Below are positions 27,223-38,136 of a stretch of DNA of 64,000 nt, piece after piece. Under the pieces are notes generated by a model, which made no database searches, had not been told where the DNA came from, and worked only from the letters and a program-made list of their open reading frames with translations. The stretch's first letter is position 1. Each line of letters starts with the position of its first letter. The translations under genes and the position numbers were made by a program. This stretch comes from Octopus sinensis. Its lineage: Eukaryota. The stretch covers positions 56,172,001-56,236,000 of the forward strand of contig NC_043012.1 of the NCBI RefSeq assembly GCF_006345805.1. The letters run 5' to 3'.

Positions 27223-28208
27223 ATTTATCCAAAACAACAAATCTAAGTTATGCTTAGTAGTTCAGCTTATCTGTGCAGCATTGATCTTTTAGATCAGAGC
27301 TAGACCTTGAGCTTTACAACACCACCAACACATATACCACCTCTAGCAGCCTGACACTCTGTCAGTTACAACAACGAGGGTTCCAATTGATCCGATCAAC
27401 AGAACAGCCTGCTCGTGAAATTAACATGCAAATGGTTGAGCATTCAACGGACATGTGTAACCTTAACGTGGTTCTCAGGGCGATTCAGCGTGATGCAGAA
27501 TGTGACAAGACTTGCCCTTTGACATACAGGTACAACTCATTTTTTTGCCAGCTGAATGGACTCGAGAAACATGAAATAAAGTGCCTCGCTCAAGGACACA
27601 ACATGCTGCAGGGAATCAAACTCACAACCTTATGATCGTGAAACGAATACCCTGAACCAGTAATGCTTATATGGCCTAAAAGATGGGATGGTTGTGGTTG
27701 GAATATCTGTGATCCAATTTCATAATCTGCTTGATCAGAGCTGACCTAGCGCTAAGCAAAAATAAACAACCTATCTGACCAGTCCATTTCTGATTGTTTT
27801 GGGTTCCTACCTAATTTGTTTTTCCTACATCTTTAACAAAGCTACTTCCTATTTCCCATGTGAATATAGACAAATGTATTCTTTGCTATTCATTGATATT
27901 ATGTCCCTCCTGCTAGATGTGTGCCAGTGTTAGAATTTGTTGACAATTATTATATTCCTTGTAAGGTTTACATTAGAAATTATCATCATCATTGTGATTT
28001 TGATATTTGCTTTTCTAGGCTTGCATGGATGGGACAGGGTCTATTGAGGCAAAGCTGGATGCCCCCACCTGTTCCTAAGCCAGGTAATACTTTGCCATAA
28101 CCAGATAGGTTTTCACAGAATATTAGAAAACGAATGACACCACTTATATGACAGTGACACTCATTTACAACTACAAGATAATGTCTAGACAAGGAGACAC
28201 AAACATAC

Positions 28209-31003
28209 ATACTCACACAGAGACGCTGCTAGTAAGGTGAGGGTTGGCAACGAGTACAGTGAAGAATTCCGGGTAGAGGTTGGGGTCCACCAAGGTTCAG
28301 TCCTCAGTCCCCTCCTATTTATCATAGTCCTCCAGGCAATAACGGAGGAATTCAAGACAGGTTGCCCCTGGGAGCTCCTCTATGCTGATGACCTTGCTCT
28401 AATTGCTGAGTCACTATCAGAACTGGAGGAGAAGTTTCAGGTGTGGAAACAAGGATTAGAATCGAAGGGCCTTAGAATCAACCTAGCCAAAACCAAAGTT
28501 CTAATAAGTAGGAAGGTAGATCAATCACAAACGCCTTCAGGTAGATGGCCCTGCTCGATCTGTAAAAAAGGTGTAGGTAGAAACTCTATAAGATGCACCA
28601 AGTGTAAGCTATGGACACATAAGAGGTGCAGCAATGTCAAAGGAAGGCTAACTAGGAAAATAGTTTTTGTCTGTGGCAAATGCTCAGGAGCAATAAACAC
28701 TGGAAATATGCAGAGACCAACTTCTGCCACGTTCCAGGGAGACAAACTAGAAGTAGTTGATAGCTTCCGCTACCTAGGAGACCAAGTCAGTAGCGGGGGT
28801 GGGTGTGCTGAAAGTGTAACTGCTAGAGTAAGAATAGCCTGGGCAAAGTTTAGAGAGCTCTTACCCCTGCTGGTGACAAAAGGCCTCTCGCTCAGAGTAA
28901 AAGGCAGACTGTATGATGCATGTGTACGTACAGCCATGCTACATGGTAGTGAAACATGGGCCGTGACTGCTGAGGATATGCGTAAGCTCGCAAGAAATGA
29001 AGCCAGTATGCTCCGATGGATGTGTAATGTCAGTGTTCATAATCGTCAGAGTGTAAGCTCCTTGAGAGAAAAGTTGAACCTAAGAAGCGTCAGTTGTGGC
29101 GTGCAAGAGAGACGGCTGCGCTGGTATGGTCATGTGACAAGAAAGGCTGAAGATAGTTGTGTGCAAAAGTGCTACACCCTAGCAGTGGAGGGAACCTGTG
29201 GAAGAGGTAGACCCAGGAAAACCTGGGACGAGGTGGTGAAGCACGACCTTCGAACTTTAGGTCTCACTAAGGAAATGTCTAGAGACCGAGACCTATGGAA
29301 GTATGCTGTGCATGAGAAGACCCGGCAAGACTAGTCAGGCCATAACCCGTGGCCCCGACCGGGGACGTAGTCAGTCCTGTGCATACCTTCCTTCTTGTGA
29401 CACTTATGAAGACCTGTTGAGGCAAGTGAAAATCAAATCAAATCAAAACAAATCAAAATAGATGAACATCAGTGGAATTGTATTCTTCGTGGTACCAGTG
29501 CCGGTGGCACACAAGAAAACCACCCAAACGTGGCCGTAACCAGTACCGCATCGACTGGCCTCCGTGCTGTGGGCACAACACACACCATCCGATCGTGGCC
29601 GTTCGCCAGCCTCATCTGGCACCTGTGCCGGTGGCACATAAAGACACCATCCGAAGACCCGGCGACGTAGTCAGTCCACCTGTGCATACCTTCCTCTTAT
29701 GACACTTGTGAAGACCTGTTGAGGCAAGTGTGTGACACTTGTGAAGACCTGTTGAGGCAGAGGCAAGTGTGTGACACTTGTGGAGACCTGTTGAGGCAAG
29801 TGTGTGACCCTTGTGAAGACCTGTTGAGGCAAGTGAAAATCAAACCAAATCAAAATAGATGAATATCAATGGAATTTGTATCTTTGTGGTTCCAGTACCG
29901 GTGGCACACAAGAAAACCATCCGAACGTGGCCGTCGACTGGCCTCCGTGCTGTGGGCACAACAAACACCATCTGATCGTGATCGTGGCCGTTCGCCAGCC
30001 TCACCTGGCACCTGTGTCGGTGGCACATAAAAACACCACCACCATCCAAAGACCCGGCGACGTAGTCAGTCCACCTGTGCTTACCTTCCCTCTTATGACA
30101 CTTGTGAAGACCTGTTGAGGCAGAGGCAAGTGTGTGACACTTTGTGAAGACCTGTTGAGGCAGAGGCAAGTGTGTGACACTTGTGGAGACCTGTTGAGGC
30201 AAGTGTGTGACACGCGTGACACTTGTGAAGACCTGTTGAGGCAAGTGAAATCAAACCAAATCAAAATAGATGAACATCAATGGAATTTGTATCTTTGTGG
30301 TTCCAGTACCGGTGGCACACAAGAAAACCATCCGATCGTGGCCGTTCGCCAGCCACATCTGGCACCTGTGTCGGTGGCACATAAAGACACCATCCGAAGA
30401 CCCGGCGACGTAGACAGTCCACCTATGCATACCTTCCTTCTTGTGACACTTGTGAAGACCTGTTGAGGCAAGTGAAAATCAAATCAAATCGAATCAAATC
30501 AAATCAAAACAAATCAAAATAGATGAACATAAATGGAATTTGTATCTTTGTGGTACCAGTGCCGGTGGCACACAAGAAAATCATCCGAACGTGGCCGTAG
30601 CCAGTACCGCATAGACTGGCCTCCGTGCTTTGGGGACGTAACAAACACCATCCGATCGTGGCCGTCCGCCAGCCTTATCTGGCACCTGTGTCGGTGGCAC
30701 ATAAAAACACCATCCGAGCGTGGCCGTCTGCCAGCCTCGTCTGGCACCTGTGTCGGTGGCACATAAAAACACCATCCGAGCGTGGCCGTTCGCCAGCCTC
30801 GTCTGGCACCTGTGTCGGTGGCACATAAAATCACCCACTACACTCTCGGAGTGGTTGGCGTTAGGAAGGGCATCCAGCTGTAGAAACACTGCCAGATCTG
30901 ACTGGCCTGGTGCAGCCTTCGGGCTCCCCAGACCCCAGTTGAACCGTCCAACCCATGCTAGCATGGAAAACGGACGCTAAATGATGATGATGATGATGAT
31001 GAT
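28209..31003 (+). mobile_element. Young 5'-truncated RTE-clade LINE: open RT C-terminal half (ORF 28237-29334) plus about 1.65 kb repetitive 3' UTR and (ATG)n tail
   Basis: Uninterrupted 365-aa ORF with GVHQGSVLSPLLF, LLYADD, FRYLG and GRGRPRKTW motifs; ends CCAACCCATGCTAGCATGGAAAACGGACGCTAA(ATG)n. Confidence 0.92.
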
Positions 31004-31100
31004 ATATATTATAATGATAATAATATTAGGGAGTATATCTCCAAACTTACAGGAAGAATTCAATTTAGTATTAAATCAAATTTCACAATATATATATATA

Positions 31101-31494
31101 CTAGCAGTATCGCCCGGCGTTGCTCGGGTTTGTAAGGGAAATAATTATATAAGCATTTTTAGAGATGTAAAGTATAATAGCCATCTCAATATGGCTAACC
31201 ACAAAGGGGGAGGGGTGTTACTGTAGCTTTTTACGTTCTGAGATTTAATAATAAATTTTAGAGAGTTACTTCCCTTATATATGTCAAAAATGGATTAAAA
31301 ATGGGAAAAATTGATGGTAAATTTTTTTTTAAATCGTAGACTCATCGTAGACGCGCGCTAATACCCAGACGGTCTCGATATGAATCACGACTATAAGATA
31401 CCCGGTTTTGGTTAACTGCACCGCAAAATGTGGGAGTAGTTAGGAATCTAAATCGTAGGAGACAGACACACAACCTCACTTTTATATATAAAGA
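31101..31494 (-). mobile_element. Non-autonomous Helitron, copy 2 (near-identical reverse complement of copy 1)
   Basis: Same termini on the minus strand; end-to-end match to 18858-19255 with few differences by eye. Confidence 0.88.
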
Positions 31495-31558
31495 TTTCCT
31501 CTATTTACATAATATTGAGGTCTCTTTCTTCTTTTGTTATCTTACTGTTTTTACCAAT

Positions 31559-31601
<43 letters not shown>

Positions 31602-31621
31602 ATATTAAATATATATATAGT

Positions 31622-31941
31622 TACAGAGATGTACTTGCATAGCAAGTGACTTGATCTGAGATCGTGTGCTGGAACGAAAACAGTTGCAGCGTTGAAGGTG
31701 TTTATAAGCCATTTAAGAAACACACAAAAACCGTTAGATTCACTTTAACATTTAAATTTAATTTGTCAAAATATTTTCGTCGCTTTGAGACCGCGACCTG
31801 TTAGCACGATATTTTTGTCAGTGAACAGGTCGCGGTCTGAAAGCGACGAAAATATTTGGCAAATTAAATTTAAATGTTGAAGTGAATGTAACGGTTTTTG
31901 TGTGTTTCTTAAATGGCTTACAAACACCTTCCACGCTGCAA
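31622..31941. mobile_element. Long fold-back element, about 119-bp inverted arms
   Basis: Arms 31684-31802 and 31824-31941 are reverse complements with few mismatches, 21-nt loop. Confidence 0.75.
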
Positions 31942-32306
31942 TATATATATACACACATATATATATATGTATGTATGTATGTATGTGTGTATATGTGTAT
32001 GCATGTATGTGTGTGTGTGTGCGTGTCTGTGCTTGTGATTGTCCTCCACCACTGCTTGACAACGAATGTTGGTTTGTTTACATCCCTGTCACCTAGTGGT
32101 TTGACAAAGGAAACAGATAGAATAAGTACAATGCTTACAAAAATAAAACTGGAGTTGATTCATTAAACTACAATTCTTCAAGGCATTGCCCCAGCATGGC
32201 CACAGACCAATGGCTGGAAAAAGCAGAAGAATAAAAGAATACATTCTCTGCTTTGGTCTTATGTTCAAGGCATGAGAAAGCTTGAGTTTACACGAGAAGG
32301 CCTAAC

Positions 32307-32572
32307 AGACCTGGTAGAAACAGCAGCCAAATCTCCCTCAAATCACACCTTACAGTCTTATGTATGTATATATATATGAGCCAATGAGGGGGACCTCTAC
32401 ATGGTAGCTAGACCTGGTAGAAATAGCAGCCAAATTTCCCCCAAATCACACCTTACTGTCTTATCTATGTATATATGTATGTATGAGCCTATGAGGGAGA
32501 CCCCTACATGGCAGCTAGACATGGTAGAAATAGCAGCCAAATCTCCCTCAAATCACACCTTACTGTCTTATC
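32307..32572 (+). repeat. Tandem repeat, about 2.5 units of 103-107 bp
   Basis: Units start at 32307, 32410 and 32517 and carry TAGAAATAGCAGCCAAATCTCCCTCAAATCACAC, a motif dispersed in at least ten other places in the window. Confidence 0.85.
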
Positions 32573-32579
32573 TTTCTGC

Positions 32580-33057
32580 TACTTATATTCGTCGTAAAAA
32601 ACTTTCCTGTCACACACTCACGCACACACACACACACACGCACCCTCACACACACACACACACACACACTCACACACACGCACGTTAGCTTACAATTTTA
32701 TTTATATATTTGCGTGTGGATGTGTGGAAAGAGGAAGTGGGAGGCAGAGTGAAAGAATCACTCACTACAGTAAGTCAATTACTTTCATTTTATTCGTCGC
32801 CCACTGTGTGTGTGCGTTTGCGTGTGCTGTAAACCAGACTAAGAAAAGCATTTGACACACACACCAGAATGTGAGTTTTCTGTAAATTTTGCTTAACTGG
32901 AGTTTAAATTTTAAAAACTGGACCTGGCATGACGCAATGCATTGTACTCTTAAAAATGCAAGGTAAATTGTAATTGAAGAAATCCTATATTGTAGATTTG
33001 TATAACTCCCAAAGGGAGGCAGATAAAATCTGCCTTTTATAATAAGAGATTATAATA

Positions 33058-33062
<5 letters not shown>
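32580..33062 (-). mobile_element. Possible Helitron-type non-autonomous element
   Basis: Minus strand starts A|TCTCTTATTATAAAAGGCAG (terminal 13-mer duplicated); 3' CTAG and hairpin not found. Confidence 0.35.
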
Positions 33063-33097
<35 letters not shown>

Positions 33098-35236
33098 TAG
33101 AGAAAAACCACTATTATGTACTTTATTGTAATCTAGGTAAATGTTTTATCATATATTTTATTTTTTCTATTTGGTATGATTTACATCTATCATTGTTTGA
33201 CTTACATAATAGTGGTTTTTCTCTAATCTCTCTCTCTATATATATATACATACACACACAAACACACACTCACATACGCATATACGAATGTATATGTTTA
33301 TGTCTCCTTGTCTTGGTATATTGTTGTAATATTTGTAAATAAGTGTCACTGTCCATACAAGCAGTGTCATTTGTTTGCAATATTCTACGAAAACATGTCT
33401 GGCCATGGCAAGAAGGGCATCTGGCTGTAGAAAGATCTGCTTCAATAAACCCCATAACCCATGCAAGTATGGGAAATCATAATAATTTAACATCCATTTG
33501 GATGGTTCGACAGGAGTTGCACTGGACACCCTTGTTTCTTTTGGCTTGGTTTCTACAGCTGGATGCCCTTCTTAATGGCAGTCATGTTACAGAGTGTACT
33601 GAGTGCTTTTTACATGGCACCAGTACCGGGTCTTTAAAATGATGGGGATGATGAGTGTGTCTTTGTCAATGTCTTTGATGATTTGGAGCTCGGATAACTG
33701 GGTTTTAGTTCTATATTTTTGCAACTGGTTTCATTGGCCATTATATTGTTGTTGTTGTAGTTGTTTATATCCTAGTCAGCCCTGATTCAACCAAGCTATG
33801 ATCAAAGTTATTCCATCCATGACCACCTTTACTTTTTTTTTTTTTATCAGACATTGTTTGTTTAGAGATATACTGACATGTCTTGAGAGAAAGATGCAAT
33901 AAAAGAGAAATTTAATTGCAGCTAGTCATTGTTGTTGCTCAGCTCCAGATCAACACTGGTTTCGTTAACTTTATGAAAGACCATCATGACTTAGGTGCAA
34001 ATCTAGGACGCATATAGTTTGCTCTCTTTTTTAAGGCATTACAATGCAATTTTAGGGAGATTTTGTTGCTATTTCTAGCAGATCAAGTGACTGTTAAGAG
34101 GCTTTGTTGGCAGCAGCAGCTTCTTCATCTTCATAGTTGTCTTCTTCTGCATATTCTTTTACCACCATCTTCTTTTCTTTGTCATCATCGTCTCATTTTT
34201 CTTTTCCTTCTTCCCTTTTTTTCTTCAGCTTCTTCTTTTACTTCTTTGTCTACTCTTTCTTCATCAGCTTTTCCTTCTTCATCTTCTCTTTCTTCATCTT
34301 TTTTTTTCGTTGTCTTCTTCATTGCTGCTGCTCTTTAATCCTAGGCAACTCTGTTGGAACAGAGCAGGACTCCTTGTCACAGAAGTAATTTATCAAAGAT
34401 TTAGGAAACAAACTCCTTAGTGTTATGTGGGGGGTGAGGTGGGGGAGAAGAGGGCCAACCACGCTGTTCACTAATGTGATGGAGGAGGTGGCATAAAATA
34501 CACAGCAGCTTACCTTGATTAATATCATTCAATCAAACTTAGAACTAAGGCGATTCCTGCTTTTCTGAGCAAAATGTCTTTAGCCATGAAATAAAGATTA
34601 AGTGGGAATTTGATTAAAAAAAACAGAACAAACAAACCTTCCTTCCCTGCTCTCATACACACATTAAATGTTTGCCAGAAAGCCCTCCTGTGGCTTGCTG
34701 AGTGCCCCTTTGACATTGATCTTGACTGATGCGATAATGATGGTGATGATGATTGGTAGGTGTTTATTCTTTTCAGTCGTAGGACTGTGGCTATGCTGGA
34801 GCACTGCCTTGAGTTATTTTCTATCAGTTTTGTTGTTACTTTATAGCAAGAGGTAGGTCTGTGATTGAGTTTGTAACAGCTGATCTTCCCTGAGGTTATC
34901 TTTGAATGGTTGACTGGTCCAGTATCACTGTTATGAATTTATCCAACGTTTTTCTGGATTATTTCAGTAGAAGTTCCTTATATATTTCGGGCTTCTTTAG
35001 GTAAGCAGCTGAACAGCTGAGGACCTCTAAATATCAGACTGGTACGATAGTGTTTTTAAAAAAAAAAGTGTAATGTCATTTCTGTTCCTATGTAACTGTA
35101 TGTCTTTGCCATCAGACTGGAATTCTTTTTTCTTTTTTTTTTTGTGTAGTCTTCTAACTATTGGTTTGTTGCTATTCCATTTCTCTCACACTTGTTTTAG
35201 TCATTGGAATGGGGAACTATCCTGAAACTTTAATCA

Positions 35237-35631
35237 AGTGACTGTGTGGTAAGTAGCTTGCTTACCAACCACATGGTTCCAGGTTCAGTCCCGCTTTGTG
35301 GCACCTTGGGCAAGTGTCTTCTACTATAGCCTTGGGCCGACCAAAGCCTTGTGAGTGGATTTGGTAGACAGAAACTGAAAGAAGCCCATAGTATATTTGT
35401 ACATATATATATATATGTGTGTGTGTGTGTATGTGTCTATGTTTGTCACCCCAACATCGCTTGACAACCAATGCTGGTGTGTTTACGTCCTCGTAACTTT
35501 GTGGTTTGGCAAAAGGGACCGATAGAATAAGTACTAGGCTTACAAAGAATAAGTCCTGGGGTCGATTTGCTCGACTAAAGGCGGTGCTCCAGCATGGCCG
35601 CAGTCAAATGACTGAAACAAGTAAAAGAGTA
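35237..35631 (+). mobile_element. SINE family 1
   Basis: Full-length match. Confidence 0.85.
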
Positions 35632-35980
35632 AACAAATTATCCCCAGTACTTACTTTTTTGCATTCTATTGATCTCTTTTGTCAAACTGCTAAGCTACAG
35701 GAACAATGATATATGCAGACATAGACATACATGTGTGTGGTGTGTGCCAGTGTCACATAAAAGCACTTGTGTCGGTGCCACATTAAGAGCACCCAACACA
35801 CACAGTTAAGTGACTGGCTTTAGGAAGGACATTAAGCTGTAGAAACCGAGTCAAATCAGACTGGAACCTGGTGCAGCTCTCCTCTTTCCCAGCTCTGGTC
35901 AAACTGTCCAATCCATGCTGGCATGGAAAACGGACATTAAAGGATGATGGTGGTGTGTGATTGACTTTCAAATAGTTTCC

Positions 35981-36213
35981 TTATTTCTTTATTGGCCACA
36001 AGGGGCTAAACATAGTCGGGACAAACAAAGACAGACAAACGGATTAAGTCAATTTCATCGACCTCAGTGCATAACTGGTACTTAATTTATTGACTCCGAA
36101 AGGATGAAAGGCAAATTCGACCTCGGCGAAATTTGAACTCAGAACGTAACGGCAGGCGAAATAACGCTAAGCATTTCGCCTGGCATGCTAACGTTTCTGC
36201 CAGCTCACTGTAT
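35981..36213 (-). mobile_element. SINE family 2 with perfect 15-bp TSD
   Basis: TTTCAAATAGTTTCC at 35966-35980 and 36214-36228. Confidence 0.92.
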
Positions 36214-36442
36214 TTTCAAATAGTTTCCGTCTACCAAATTCACTCACAAGGCATTGGTTGAGACAGGGATATAGTAAAAGACACTTACCCAAAGCATGCC
36301 TCTCAACTACACAGCCATCCTTTATCTAGACAACTATAACAAATCTACAATAAAAACTGCAGTGTTTTTACTTCCCAAATTTTTTATTTAAAATAATACA
36401 TGATAACATAATTAGTTATTTTATTTCTGTATTTCTTTTCAG

Positions 36443-36485
36443 AAAATGAATATATGTTACTTATCTTTTCCTGATTCCAATTCTG
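36443..36485 (+). CDS. DENND6: DENND6 internal coding exon (KMNICYLSFPDSNS-G), 43 nt, phase 0-1
   Basis: TTTCTTTTCAG acceptor, GTAAGT donor. NICYLSFPDSNSG is the conserved uDENN motif of DENND6. Confidence 0.95.
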
Positions 36486-36814
36486 GTAAGTAAACTTTTC
36501 CTACCATTGCTTTATAGCTTTATTACAATTTGGTTTTATTTTTAAATCTAATTTTCCATGCCTGTATTAGTCAGACAAGACTACATTGAGGTAGATTTTT
36601 CTGCAGCCAATTGCCCTTCTAGACACCATCCATCTCTTGTTTCCAAGCAAGGTGATAATAAATAATATCTTAGTTTATCAAACAAAAACCATTTTGCTGA
36701 GGATTGCAAATGACACTGTCTTTATCAATGACAGGGATTTTCTTCACAATCAGCATGTAAAGACAAGGTGAAATATAAACTTAGTCACAACACACACCAG
36801 CATGTATATGTATA

Positions 36815-36856
<42 letters not shown>

Positions 36857-36880
36857 GAAAGAGAGAGAGAGAGAGAGGGG

Positions 36881-37035
36881 GCAATAAGAAAATGGAGGGT
36901 ATCAATAGGTGATCCATCAACTTATGTGTGTATATTCTTGTAATTGTCAGTTTAGTAAATAAATAAATAAGTTAACATAATATAATGTCTAAAAGTTGAT
37001 GAACCACCTATTGATCCCCTCCATTTTCTTATTGC
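36881..37035. mobile_element. Small MITE-like inverted repeat (about 43-bp arms)
   Basis: GCAATAAGAAAATGGAGGGTATCAATAGGTGATCCATCAACTT pairs with AAGTTGATGAACCACCTATTGATCCCCTCCATTTTCTTATTGC. Confidence 0.65.
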
Positions 37036-37408
37036 TCTATAAATTAATGGTAAAATATCTCTTTACCTTCACCCATTTAGAACATTCGGTAATGTAATTG
37101 CAATGCAATAAAAAAACACTTGTGTATTAATAATTGGGTATTCTACCAGTAGTATATTGGAAAGATATTATCCCTTAGTTGGTTGGATTCACAACCTCTA
37201 ACTTTCTTGGAGTTATATATATATATATATATATATATAGACAGTGAGGGCACATGGCTCAGTGGTTAGGGTGTTGCACTGACGATCACTAGATCATGAT
37301 TTCAATTCCTAGACTGGGAGGTCCAATGTGTTCATGAACAAAACACATTGGTCTGTAATCACTTTGACACCTGACGAGTGGTACACAGTGCACTTGTTCA
37401 GACAAGCC

Positions 37409-37570
37409 ATATTGTGGCTTTTGAGCCATTTCGGGTTTTCTTGTTTCCGCCATATGTAGAAGCTGGCTTTGTCGACTGCCTCCTGTATCCTCCTTATTAG
37501 TTTTCTCAGCTCAGAGCTCAAAAATGCAAACCTTCTTTTAAATAACGTCACCATTTTCCTTTCAATGAAG
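37409..37570 (-). mobile_element. Short RLE-type LINE C-terminal fragment
   Basis: GFIERKM...[24 protein letters not shown] resembles the GF....A..AS..LW..R...W end of HERO/NeSL-like ORFs. Confidence 0.45.
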
Positions 37571-37571
37571 C

Positions 37572-37572
<1 letters not shown>

Positions 37573-37626
<54 letters not shown>

Positions 37627-37696
37627 CGTGTGTATATATGTGTGTGTGTGTGTGTATACATATGTGTGTGTATATATATATATGTATGTATGTGTG

Positions 37697-37727
<31 letters not shown>

Positions 37728-37904
37728 GTGTGTGTGTATATATGTATGTATGTGTGTGTATATATGTATGTATGTGTGTGTGTGTATATATGTATGTATG
37801 TGTGTGTGTATATATATATATGTATGTATGTGTGTGTGTATATATATATATGTATGTATGTGTGTGTGTATATATATATATATATATGTATGTATGTGTG
37901 TGTG

Positions 37905-37955
<51 letters not shown>

Positions 37956-37962
37956 GTATGTA

Positions 37963-37995
<33 letters not shown>

Positions 37996-38066
37996 GCATG
38001 TATGTGTGTGTATATATATATGTATGTATGTGTGTGTGTGTATATATATATATATGTATGTATATG

Positions 38067-38134
<68 letters not shown>
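37573..38134. repeat. Compound (TG)n/(TA)n/(TATG)n microsatellite, about 560 bp
   Basis: Direct inspection; explains the six overlapping low-complexity ORFs in the track. Confidence 0.98.

Positions 38135-38136
<2 letters not shown>

Noticed and set aside
29701-30250. 33-39 nt hairpin-ended direct repeats resembling a CRISPR array
   Set aside because: Units are contiguous with no unique spacers, lie in a LINE 3' UTR in eukaryotic intron DNA, and no cas genes are present.
29443-30980. Cluster of 60-130 aa ORFs on both strands
   Set aside because: Products of GC-rich tandem repeats in the LINE 3' UTR; no domain similarity.
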